Below, one piece after another: positions 7,402 to 15,405 of a stretch of 32,000 nucleotides of DNA. Numbering within the stretch: position 1 is the stretch's first letter; each line of letters starts with the position of its first letter. The DNA comes from Coriobacteriia bacterium (GTDB taxonomy: Bacteria > Actinomycetota > Coriobacteriia > Anaerosomatales > Anaerosomataceae). Location: assembly GCA_049658145.1 (NCBI GenBank), contig JBASOJ010000051.1, positions 13,449 through 45,448 of the forward strand, given 5' to 3'. Position numbers and translations under genes: made by a program. The notes beneath the pieces were generated by a model that saw only the letters and a program-made list of their open reading frames with translations, did not search any database and had not been told where the DNA came from.

Positions 7402-9528
7402 ATGGCAAAGGATCCGAAGGAGAAGAAGGAGAAGAAGCCGTCAGGGTGGAAAGACCCGATCAGGCGCCCCCGGTACATCATTTGGGCAGGCGTTGCGCTG
7501 ATCGGCCTTTGCGCGATCATCCTTGTCGGCTTTGCCGGATCGTCCACCGACTGGTTCTGCGGAACGCTGTGCCACTCGGTGCAGGGTGACGCGGTCGCCG
7601 CGTACGACCAGGGCACGCACAACAAGGTCAACTGCCTGACGTGCCATGAGCCGGTCAATGGCGACCCCGTGATCTTCGCCTATCGCAAGGTGGAGGCCGG
7701 TGTGCTTGGCGCGTATCAGCTGGCGACCACGACGTACTCGTCGCCGCTGAATCCGAACAGCCACCTCGCGCTCAACCGCAGTGAGATGGACATGTCGGAC
7801 GGTCACTGCACCCAGTGCCACTCGCTCGAGAACCGGGACATCACTCCGAGTGAAGGCATCATCATCAACCACAACGCCCATACGGATCGGGAGATCAACT
7901 GCACCGCGTGCCACAATCGTGTGGCGCATCCCGAAGACGGGCTCGAGACCATCGCGACCAATCCCGAGACGGGTGAGCCTGCGGCCAAGCACGCTGACTT
8001 CATGACCATGACCGCGTGCTTCCGCTGCCATACCCTCACCGATGAGTCTCCGTCCGGTAAGGAGTTCAAGGCGCCTGGTACCTGCGCGACGTGCCATTCC
8101 GCCGACTTCGACCTCAAGCCCGCGAACCATGACGACTCGAACTTCTACCCGGCCGGTCACGCGGACCTCGCGATGATGGAGATCGACCATGCCACCGGGC
8201 GTCCGGCCGAGGACGTCATCCGTCCCGTCGAGTATGGCGAGGGCGAAGAGGGCGGCGAGGAGGCTGCGGGAGGCGCGGAGCCCGAGAGCGCTCGCTCCGA
8301 AGAGAGCGACCCCGAGGTCCTTCCCGTTCCGCATGTGTGGGAAGTGGACTACTGCTCCACGTGTCACATCGAGGGCACCTTCTGCACCGGGTGCCACGGT
8401 ATGGAGATGCCGCACTCGGAGGAGTTCGAGACCAAGACCCACCCCGAGACCGCAGCCACGATGATCGACAAGTGCGAGTTCTGCCACCAGCAGTCGACTA
8501 CGTACTTCTGTGACAACTGCCATCACGGCACCAAGGTCGACTGGGCCTTCGATGCCGCTTCGCCATGGCAGAGCCAGCACGCTAAGACCGTGGTCGAGAA
8601 GGGCGTCGCCGGGTGCCTCGGCGCATGCCACGAGCAGCAGTTCTGCGTGGATTGCCACACGGCCCTCAAGCCGGTTCCGACCTCGCACGCGGCTGCGGAC
8701 TGGCTGCATGCCGGTCTCACCGTGACGTCGTACCCGGACGGCCACGCAGTGGCCAGCGCCTCTCACGCGCTTCTGGCCCAGAAGTCGATCGAAGCGTGCG
8801 AGGTATGTCACGGCACCGGTGGCACCGCTTCTCAGTTCTGCGTGAACTGCCACCAGCTCGAGATCCCGCACCCGGACCAGTTCAAGGTCAATCACGTCTC
8901 TGGTCGCAACACGCCGCAGGTGTGTGCCAACTGCCACAAGGCCGTCGAGCTCTGCTCCGACTGCCACCACAAGGGTGCCGTGAACGGCACGCCGTGGCAG
9001 CGTCAGCACCCGGTGACCGTTGCCGCGGACGGCGCGAATCCGTGCTTCGAGAAGTGCCACCAGGACAAGCAGTTCTGCGTTCAGTGCCACACCACGCTGA
9101 AGGCGGTTCCGACGTCCCACACGGTGGGCGACTGGACGCACCGCGCGACCGATGCCGGTGCGGCTCACCAGGTCGCGTACCAGGCGGCGACGGACTCGTG
9201 CGACTACTGTCACGGTGACGGCGGCGTGAAGGCGGCGTTCTGCCAGAACTGCCACCAGGTCGAGATGCCGCACGCCGGCGGATATGCCGACGCGGGTCAC
9301 CAGGCCGATCTGACCACCAACGGTGTTCAGAGGCCCGTGTGCCAGAACTGCCACGCGCAGGCGTTCTGCGACAGCTGCCATCACAAGGGTTCTGTCGCCG
9401 ATCAGAAGTGGGTGTTCTATCACCCGGAGATCGTGGCCAAGGACGGCGCACAGCCGTGCTTCGAGTGCCATGAGCCGACGTTCTGCTCGTACTGCCACGT
9501 CAACAAGGCAGCCACCCTTACGCGCTAG
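7402..9528 (+). CDS. membrane-anchored multihaem cytochrome c: 21 CxxCH + 3 CxxxCH, NapC/NrfH-like N-terminus plus three tandem hexahaem modules
   Basis: ATG 7402 follows GAGGAGAGGG. Lys-rich cytoplasmic N-terminus, then one TM helix (YIIWAGVALIGLCAIILVGFAG). The segment TDWFCGTLCH...VNCLTCHEP resembles NapC/NirT. An acidic linker EYGEGEEGGEEAAGG follows. I counted 24 haem-binding motifs in the translation. Confidence 0.9.
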   Translation: MAKDPKEKKEKKPSGWKDPIRRPRYIIWAGVALIGLCAIILVGFAGSSTDWFCGTLCHSVQGDAVAAYDQGTHNKVNCLTCHEPVNGDPVIFAYRKVEAGVLGAYQLATTTYSSPLNPNSHLALNRSEMDMSDGHCTQCHSLENRDITPSEGIIINHNAHTDREINCTACHNRVAHPEDGLETIATNPETGEPAAKHADFMTMTACFRCHTLTDESPSGKEFKAPGTCATCHSADFDLKPANHDDSNFYPAGHADLAMMEIDHATGRPAEDVIRPVEYGEGEEGGEEAAGGAEPESARSEESDPEVLPVPHVWEVDYCSTCHIEGTFCTGCHGMEMPHSEEFETKTHPETAATMIDKCEFCHQQSTTYFCDNCHHGTKVDWAFDAASPWQSQHAKTVVEKGVAGCLGACHEQQFCVDCHTALKPVPTSHAAADWLHAGLTVTSYPDGHAVASASHALLAQKSIEACEVCHGTGGTASQFCVNCHQLEIPHPDQFKVNHVSGRNTPQVCANCHKAVELCSDCHHKGAVNGTPWQRQHPVTVAADGANPCFEKCHQDKQFCVQCHTTLKAVPTSHTVGDWTHRATDAGAAHQVAYQAATDSCDYCHGDGGVKAAFCQNCHQVEMPHAGGYADAGHQADLTTNGVQRPVCQNCHAQAFCDSCHHKGSVADQKWVFYHPEIVAKDGAQPCFECHEPTFCSYCHVNKAATLTR

Positions 9529-9547
9529 GCAGCGTGACGGTGCGATC

Positions 9548-9581
9548 GAAAGGACCCGGCCGGAAACGGCCGGGTCCTTTC
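9548..9581 (+). terminator. strong stem-loop after the cytochrome gene (15-bp stem, GAAA loop)
   Basis: GAAAGGACCCGGCCG-gaaa-CGGCCGGGTCCTTTC, 20 nt after the stop codon. There is no clear U-tract. Confidence 0.6.
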
Positions 9582-9649
9582 GCATTCATGCCAGAAACCC
9601 GGCGCAGGACCTTTGCCTTGACCGGGCGACCATGTATGATAACGGCTCA

Positions 9650-9726
9650 CGGGATGTGGCTCAGCTTGGTAGAGCGCTGCGTTCGGGACGCAGAGGTCGT
9701 GGGTTCGAATCCCGCCATCCCGACCA
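9650..9726 (+). tRNA. tRNA-Pro (anticodon CGG)
   Basis: Hand-folded cloverleaf. Acceptor CGGGATG/CATCCCG, anticodon arm CTGCG-TTCGGGA-CGCAG, T-loop GGTTCGAATCC, encoded CCA. Confidence 0.9.
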
Positions 9727-9740
9727 TCATTGAGACACCT

Positions 9741-9764
9741 GACAGGCCGGGCGACCGGCCTGTC
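9741..9764 (+). terminator. hairpin downstream of tRNA-Pro (10-bp stem)
   Basis: GACAGGCCGG-gcga-CCGGCCTGTC. Confidence 0.45.
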
Positions 9765-9787
9765 GGCGTATCCGAGGGAGTGCGGCG

Positions 9788-10462
9788 TTGGACGCGTTCT
9801 TCACGGCTATCGGCTACGGGCTCTGTCATCAGTTGCCCGAGCGGTCGTTCTTCGGCGGCGGGTATCAGCTGCCCGTGTGCGCCCGGGACACCGGTATCTA
9901 CTTCGGTTTCGCCCTCGGTCTTCTCGCGCTCGCGATGCTTGCCCGCGGCTCCCGCCCGCAGGAGTTGCCTCGCTGGCCGGTACTGCTCCTCATCGGCGTG
10001 TTCATCGCGGCGATGGGTGTCGACGGAGTCACGTCGTATGCGGGCCTGCGCTCGTCGACGAACGACTTGCGGCTGATCACCGGTCTCGGGACCGGCTGGG
10101 GACTGGCTGCGCTCACGTTCCCGATGCTGAACGCACAGGTATGGGTCAGGCCCAGTGTGACCCGGACCCCGCAGGGCGCTCGCGAGGTGGGGATCTGGCT
10201 CGGGCTGCTCGTCGCGTCGTTCGTGTTGGTGCGGTGGGGGCTACCGCTCCTGGGAATCGGCTATCCGCTGCTGCTCGTGCTCGCGATCGTCGCGACGTTC
10301 GCCGCGATCAACCTGGTGTTCGTCGGCCTGATGCCGCCGTTCGAACGGCGTGCCCGGCGTCTGCGGGAGCTGTGGCTGGCACTGACCGTCGCCAACGGCC
10401 TGACGCTGCTCGAGTTGGCCGGGGCGGCCTGGCTGCGGTCGTTCGCCGAGAGCCTGCTGTAG
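9788..10462 (+). CDS. DUF2085-like membrane protein
   Basis: 224 aa. N-terminal CHQLPERSF...LPVCARDTGIYFG is the DUF2085 signature as I recall it. 5-6 TM segments. TTG start 7 nt after GAGGGAG. Confidence 0.65.
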   Translation: MDAFFTAIGYGLCHQLPERSFFGGGYQLPVCARDTGIYFGFALGLLALAMLARGSRPQELPRWPVLLLIGVFIAAMGVDGVTSYAGLRSSTNDLRLITGLGTGWGLAALTFPMLNAQVWVRPSVTRTPQGAREVGIWLGLLVASFVLVRWGLPLLGIGYPLLLVLAIVATFAAINLVFVGLMPPFERRARRLRELWLALTVANGLTLLELAGAAWLRSFAESLL

Positions 10463-10531
10463 CGCCGGCGCATCGTGTCAGAGTCGGGCCGTACGCTTCA
10501 TTCGAACATCTGTTCGAAGGAGGCGATCGGC

Positions 10532-10912
10532 GTGGTACAACTCACTCTGCCCGACTGCGGAGCAACCGGCACACTCCCCGACGTGGTCACGAACCTCACT
10601 CGCCGCTGGGCGCGCGAATTCGGGGACGGCGGCCATCTCGTGGTCGCCTCGCAGGCAACGGAGTCGCGATTCTCCGAGTGGGGGGCGCGCATCCTGACGC
10701 ACCGCGAGCGTGAGCGTGTCGATGCCTACTTCAACGCGGTCGTAAGGCGAGCTCTGATGCGGGAGCATGAGTCCGGAGCTCGATCGGCGCGCCGACGGTG
10801 GGTGGAGGCCAGCATCGTGGCAGACCTGTGCGCCGCAGGCTGGGATGCCGAGCGCGCGGCCGAGGAGGCACGGATGGTGACAGCGGGCCCGGTGTGCGGC
10901 ACGGCCGCCTAG
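10532..10912 (+). CDS. hypothetical protein
   Basis: GTG 10532 is preceded by AAGGAGG (ORF-track start 10475 is less likely). 126 aa, no recognisable family. Its stop shares the CTAG with the convergent lipoprotein gene. Confidence 0.45.
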   Translation: MVQLTLPDCGATGTLPDVVTNLTRRWAREFGDGGHLVVASQATESRFSEWGARILTHRERERVDAYFNAVVRRALMREHESGARSARRRWVEASIVADLCAAGWDAERAAEEARMVTAGPVCGTAA

Positions 10913-11352
10913 CGCACCGAGTCGGCCGCCACGACGGAGAGGTCGTCGCGAGAGAACACCCAGACCCGACGATGGGTGAGCGGCTCGCCGGCATCGCCCC
11001 ACGCCTCGTAGACGATCCAGGCGGGCTCATCGTTGAATGCCCCGACCTCGACCGCGTAGGGGATCGCTGCGGTGTCGGTCGGAAACTCTGCGGTCAGCAC
11101 ATCGGCAAGGAGGGCCGCGTCATCTCCATGGGTGCGTAGGTCGGCCAACGCTTCCTGCCGCGCTGTGAGGGCGTCCTCGATCATCACGCGGGAGGCCGAT
11201 CCGGGATCGGAGTCGTCGAGCGCAGCGGACAGCTCGTCGGCGGTGTAGGAGCCACCCTCGGGTATATAGGTGACGCGCGCATGCTGTGCACATCCTGCGA
11301 TGGCGAGCGAGGCGAGAACCGCAAGGACCGTGATGTAGCTATGGGTGCGCAT
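10909..11352 (-). CDS. lipoprotein, function unknown
   Basis: Signal peptide with lipobox MRTHSYITVLAVLASLAIAG-C. ATG 11350-11352 is preceded by GGAGG. The upstream part of the 384-aa ORF is antisense to the SAM hydrolase gene and is discarded. Confidence 0.7.
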   Translation of the reverse strand: MRTHSYITVLAVLASLAIAGCAQHARVTYIPEGGSYTADELSAALDDSDPGSASRVMIEDALTARQEALADLRTHGDDAALLADVLTAEFPTDTAAIPYAVEVGAFNDEPAWIVYEAWGDAGEPLTHRRVWVFSRDDLSVVAADSVR

Positions 11353-11427
11353 GGTCCCGGACCTCCAGACCTGGACTCCTGGAACCATACTAGACGATAC
11401 GGGGCCTCTCTCGGCGGAAGGCGGGAT

Positions 11428-12234
11428 ATGTTCTCGATCATCTGCTTCACATCCGATTTCGGGACCGGTGACACCTGGGTGGGCGTCTGTCACGCCGTGA
11501 TCCAGCGCTCCTGTCCCCAGGTCAGGGTGGTCGACCTGGCGCACGAGATCGCTCCCTACGACATACGCAAGGCAGCCGCGGTGGCTGCCTCGGGTACGTG
11601 GCAGCTTCCGGAGGCGATCCACCTGGTGGTCGTCGACCCCGGGGTCGGTGGCGGCAGGCGCGATCTCGCGCTGGTCACGCCGGGCGGGACCATCCTTGTT
11701 GGCCCGGACAACGGTGTACTCCTCCCTGCGACGTGGCGGGGCGGGGGCGTCGAACGAGCGTACGCGATCGATGCGACGCGTCTCGACTTCCACGCGCCGC
11801 TCGCGACGTTCCACGCGCGTGACGTTCTCGCGCCGGCGGCCGCGCTGCTCGCCTGTGGTGTCGACGTCACCGCGTTCGGCGAGCTCATCGACCCGGCGAC
11901 GCTCACACCGCCTCCGTTCATGCCGGGGCATCTCGAAGGCGACGTCACGGTCGCCGAGGTGATCGACATCGATCGTTTCGGGTCGATCCGGATCGCGGTT
12001 TCCGCTGCGGACGTCATCGAACGGGGGCTCGATCGCGGGCGCGTCGAGGTGGCACTCGGGCACACGCGCATCGAGGTCCCCTTCGGTGGCACGTTCAGTG
12101 ACGTGGGCGAGGGCGAGCCGGTGGCACTCGTCGACTCATCGGGCTGGTTCACCGTCTCCGTCCGTCTTGAGAGCGCCGCCGAGCGATACGGAGTCGAACC
12201 GGGCATGGTGACCCGGATCCGCCCGCTCTCGTGA
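11428..12234 (+). CDS. SAM hydrolase / SAM hydroxide adenosyltransferase family (DUF62)
   Basis: 268 aa. FTSDFGTGDTWVGVCHAV, VVVDPGVGG and GPDNGVL are hallmark DUF62 motifs. Confidence 0.8.
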   Translation: MFSIICFTSDFGTGDTWVGVCHAVIQRSCPQVRVVDLAHEIAPYDIRKAAAVAASGTWQLPEAIHLVVVDPGVGGGRRDLALVTPGGTILVGPDNGVLLPATWRGGGVERAYAIDATRLDFHAPLATFHARDVLAPAAALLACGVDVTAFGELIDPATLTPPPFMPGHLEGDVTVAEVIDIDRFGSIRIAVSAADVIERGLDRGRVEVALGHTRIEVPFGGTFSDVGEGEPVALVDSSGWFTVSVRLESAAERYGVEPGMVTRIRPLS

Positions 12235-12306
12235 CGCGCGTGTCGTGTCAGAGCGCATCGCTACGCTGTGTCCATCGGACGTGGACGGGTGTGGCGGAGG
12301 TGCGAG

Positions 12307-13308
12307 ATGGGACGGCAGTACATCGCGGCGTTGGCCGAGGGCGAGCGTGTCGATGCGGTCTTCGCGCTCAAGGGCAAGCAGATCAGAGCCACGAGAACGG
12401 GCGACCCGTATCTCCTGCTCGAGTTCTCGGACAGGACCGGGCGGATCGGTGGGATCATGTTCCGCCCGCGGGGGAGTGCGGTCGAGACGCCTGTCGGCGC
12501 GGTCGTGGCTGTGCGGGGAACCGCCACGGCCTATCGGGGCATCCTGCGCATCACCGCCGAGGAGATACGACCGGTCCGCCAGTACGACGCCACTGATCTC
12601 CTTCCTTCCGGAACCCGGGATCCCGAGGAGCTGGTCGGTGAGTTGCGCGCGCTCGTCAAGGGCGTCGGCGACCCCGCGCTCTCGGGTGTCGTCAGACGCG
12701 TCTTCTCCGAAGCCGGATTCATGAAGCGCTTCAGGATGTGTCCCGCGTCGCAGAGCTATCATCACGCCTACATCGGCGGGTTGCTCGAGCACACGGTGGG
12801 CGTGGCGACGCTCTGCCGGGCGCTGTGCGATCTCTACCCGCACCTGGACGGCGACCTGCTGCTCGCGGGCGCCCTGCTCCATGACATCGGCAAGGTCGAC
12901 GAACTCGTGTACACCACCGGCATCGACTACACCGACGACGGGCGCATGATCGGTCACGTCGTGCTCGGCGAACGCCGGGTGCGGGCAGCGGTCGACGCCC
13001 TCGGCGACGCGGTGCCCCACGAGACGGCGACGCGGCTCGCGCACGTCCTCCTCGCGCATCACGGCGAGTTGGAGTGGGGCTCACCGAAGCGGCCGTGCAC
13101 TCTGGAGGCGCTCATGCTGCACCATGCGGACAACCTGGACGCGAAGACGGCCGGCTTCATCGAGGCCGCCGCCTCGGCCGCACGTGTCGATGAAGCCTGG
13201 ACGGACGCGGGTAACCTCTTCCGGCGTCCGCTGTGGGCCCCGCGGGCGGCGGAAGACGACCGCTGGATGATGCCGAGTGAGGACGGCCAGTATGCGCTCA
13301 CTGCCTGA
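12307..13308 (+). CDS. OB-fold + HD-domain protein, YhaM-like 3'-5' exoribonuclease family
   Basis: 333 aa. N-terminal OB-like region (LKGKQIRATRTGDPYLLLEFSD) followed by HD motifs HHAYIGGLLEHT and LLHDIGK. ATG after GGAGG. Confidence 0.7.
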   Translation: MGRQYIAALAEGERVDAVFALKGKQIRATRTGDPYLLLEFSDRTGRIGGIMFRPRGSAVETPVGAVVAVRGTATAYRGILRITAEEIRPVRQYDATDLLPSGTRDPEELVGELRALVKGVGDPALSGVVRRVFSEAGFMKRFRMCPASQSYHHAYIGGLLEHTVGVATLCRALCDLYPHLDGDLLLAGALLHDIGKVDELVYTTGIDYTDDGRMIGHVVLGERRVRAAVDALGDAVPHETATRLAHVLLAHHGELEWGSPKRPCTLEALMLHHADNLDAKTAGFIEAAASAARVDEAWTDAGNLFRRPLWAPRAAEDDRWMMPSEDGQYALTA

Positions 13309-13385
13309 CGGCATGGCGCATGGGCTACAATCCTCGGGTGGCGGTGTCGCCACACATCGGACCACCATGGCGCAAGGAGCGATCG

Positions 13386-14183
13386 ATGACGTATCCCAGG
13401 GCTGAGATCGGTGTGTTCGGCGGAAGTGGTTTCTACTCGCTGCTCGACAATCCGGTCGAGGTGCGGGTCGAGACGCCCTACGGCGATCCTTCCGACTCGC
13501 TCATGGTCGGCGAGATCGGGGGCCGAAGCGTCGCCTTCCTCCCGCGCCACGGGAGCAAGCACACACTGCCTCCGCACATGATCAACTACCGCGCCAACGT
13601 CTGGGCGATGAAGGAGCTCGGCGTCACCCGGATCATCGGGCCGAACGCATGCGGTTCGCTGCAGACGCACGTGAAGCCGGGCGAGTTCGTCGTGTGCCAT
13701 CAGTTCGTCGATCGGACCACCGGCCGTAAGGACACCTTCTACGACGGGCCCCAGACCGTGCACGTGTCGTCGGCCGACCCGTACTGCCCCACGATGCGCG
13801 AGATCGCGATCGAAAAGGCCCGGGACCTCGGGGTCTGCGTGCACGACCGGGGTACGGTGGTGGTCATCCAGGGCCCGCGGTTCTCGACGCGCGCCGAGTC
13901 GCAGTGGTTCGCCAGGCAAGGGTGGGAGGTCATCAACATGACCCAGTATCCCGAGGCCTATCTCGCGCGGGAGCTGGAGATCTGCTACTGCAACATCTCG
14001 ATCATCACCGACCATGACGCCGGGGTCGAGGGCCTCGACGCGCCCGTCACCAACGACGAGGTCGTGCGCATGTTCGCGGCCAGCAACCAGAAGGTGAAGG
14101 ACTTGCTGCATGCCATGATCCCGGCGCTGCCCGCCGAGCGCCCCTGTATCTGCGCCACCGCCCTCGAAGGCGCGGCGTTCTAG
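13386..14183 (+). CDS. mtnP: S-methyl-5'-thioadenosine phosphorylase
   Basis: 265 aa. IGVFGGSGFY, FLPRHG..H..PPH.INYRAN and MTQYPE are typical of MTAP/PNP family 2. ATG after AAGGAG. Confidence 0.85.
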   Translation: MTYPRAEIGVFGGSGFYSLLDNPVEVRVETPYGDPSDSLMVGEIGGRSVAFLPRHGSKHTLPPHMINYRANVWAMKELGVTRIIGPNACGSLQTHVKPGEFVVCHQFVDRTTGRKDTFYDGPQTVHVSSADPYCPTMREIAIEKARDLGVCVHDRGTVVVIQGPRFSTRAESQWFARQGWEVINMTQYPEAYLARELEICYCNISIITDHDAGVEGLDAPVTNDEVVRMFAASNQKVKDLLHAMIPALPAERPCICATALEGAAF

Positions 14184-14288
14184 GGCGCGTTCGCACGTCT
14201 CTGCGTCGCACGTCCCTGAAGTCCGGACTTGTACGAGTTTGTAACTCGGGGGTACATTATCGCAAACACACGATGTGGGGACGGGATC

Positions 14289-14948
14289 ATGACGGTATCG
14301 AAGCGCGATCCATCCGCTATCCCTGAAGGCGTCATCGAGCGCCTTCCGGCCTACCTGAACGTCCTCATGCAGCTGCGCGCCGAAGGGGCGCGCACGGTGT
14401 CCTCCGCGCGCCTCGGTGAACTCACCTCGGTGAACCCCGCGCAGATCCGGCGCGACCTCACGCACTTCGGGTCATTCGGCAAGCGCGGCGTGGGATACGA
14501 CGTCGGCGCGCTGGTCGAACAGATTCAGCGGATACTGGGCTCCGACCACATCCACCGGCTTGCACTCGTCGGAGCCGGCAACCTCGGCTCGGCGATCGCC
14601 GGTTACAGCGGGCTAAAGCAGCACGGTTTCGTGGTGACCGCCATCTTCGACAACGATCCCGCCAAGATCGGCACGCGCATCGGCAAGATCGTGGTGCAGC
14701 CGATCGAGGAACTCGACGGTGCGCTCCGGGCCCAGGAGATCCGCATCGGGGTCGTGGCAGTGCCTTCGGAGGCCGCCCAGCAGGTAACCGATGAGTTGGC
14801 GAGCGCCGGCGTGCGCGTGATACTCAACTACACCCCGGTGATCGTCGGGGTTCCGGAGGGTGTCATGTTGCACAACAGCGATCCGGTACAGGAACTGCTG
14901 CATACCCTCTACTACCTCTCGCGCCAGGAGGGCGTGGCGCGGGTATAG
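14289..14948 (+). CDS. rex: redox-sensing transcriptional repressor Rex
   Basis: Winged-helix N-terminus IERLPAYLNVL...NPAQIRRDLTHFGSFGKRGVGYDV, followed by the Rossmann motif LVGAGNLGSA. Confidence 0.9.
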   Translation: MTVSKRDPSAIPEGVIERLPAYLNVLMQLRAEGARTVSSARLGELTSVNPAQIRRDLTHFGSFGKRGVGYDVGALVEQIQRILGSDHIHRLALVGAGNLGSAIAGYSGLKQHGFVVTAIFDNDPAKIGTRIGKIVVQPIEELDGALRAQEIRIGVVAVPSEAAQQVTDELASAGVRVILNYTPVIVGVPEGVMLHNSDPVQELLHTLYYLSRQEGVARV

Positions 14949-15025
14949 TCGTAGATGATAAGGTGGCATTCGTTCGTTCGGGCCTCAGCGTCGGCCGGCG
15001 CGGGCCTAGAGTCGAGGAGGATGAC

Positions 15026-15244
15026 ATGGCGGCATTCGGTATGCCAGGCGGCTGGGAGATCTGGGCCATCCTGGCGGTTGTGCTCTTGCTGTTCGGTCCC
15101 ACGCAGCTGCCCAAGCTCGCGAAGATGTTCGGCAAGTCGGCGAAGGCCCTCAAAGAGGGCATGGACGAGGGCATGAACGAGCTCGATGACAGCGACACCA
15201 CGGCCAAGCCGGCCGAGAAGTCCGAGACGCCCGCGGACGAGTGA
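15026..15244 (+). CDS. tatA: twin-arginine translocase TatA/TatE family subunit
   Basis: 72 aa. GGWEIWAILAVVLLLFGPTQLPKLAKMFGKSAKALKEG is a typical TatA sequence. ATG after GAGGAGG. Confidence 0.9.
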   Translation: MAAFGMPGGWEIWAILAVVLLLFGPTQLPKLAKMFGKSAKALKEGMDEGMNELDDSDTTAKPAEKSETPADE

Positions 15245-15269
15245 TCGCGCGCGGCAGTTCACTTGCACA

Positions 15270-15297
15270 GGGGGCGCCTGCGGGCGCCCCTTCGCTT
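15270..15297 (+). terminator. rho-independent-type terminator after tatA
   Basis: GGGGCGCC-tgcg-GGCGCCCC followed by TTCGCTTTCG. Confidence 0.6.
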
Positions 15298-15405
15298 TCG
15301 GCTTGTGTCACCCAGGAGGCGCGGCTATACTCTCGTGAGCCAATCGCGGGTGGCCCGTTCGCATCGTCCACCGCCGCTCGTTCGACCGAGGTACAGGAGT
15401 GCCAG

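Noticed and set aside
5187-7658. 823-aa minus-strand ORF, the longest in the track
   Set aside because: It runs antisense to the clearly recognisable MCP and RidA genes and the start of the cytochrome gene. Its composition is Ser/Ala/Arg-rich junk, typical of the stop-poor antisense frame in high-GC DNA. Only its last 67 codons (the ferredoxin, with its own SD and GTG) look real.
7441-9585. 714-aa minus-strand ORF opposite the cytochrome gene
   Set aside because: It is antisense to an ORF with 24 haem motifs and a clear TM anchor. The translation is low-complexity and Arg/Val/Gly/Leu-rich with no motifs.
9534-10076. 180-aa ORF spanning tRNA-Pro, and the 75-aa ORF 31246-31473 spanning tRNA-Tyr/Thr
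   Set aside because: They read straight through well-folding tRNA genes and terminator hairpins, and no coding signal supports them.
14238-14258. Possible Rex operator TTTGTAACTCGGGGGTACATT upstream of rex
   Set aside because: Only the TGTA...TACA ends resemble the TTGTGAA-N4-TTCACAA Rex box I recall, and the half-sites match poorly (about 3 of 7 in the right half). I also found no better Rex box upstream of the cytochrome, ferredoxin or tatA genes.
13059-14465. 468-aa minus-strand ORF, plus similar long antisense ORFs at 16048-17370, 19369-20874, 21541-22446, 24473-25504 and 25590-26672
   Set aside because: Each is opposite a confidently identified housekeeping gene (mtnP, lysS, clpC/radA, disA, ispF/cysE, cysS). 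They show Arg/Asp/His-rich compositions characteristic of antisense frames.
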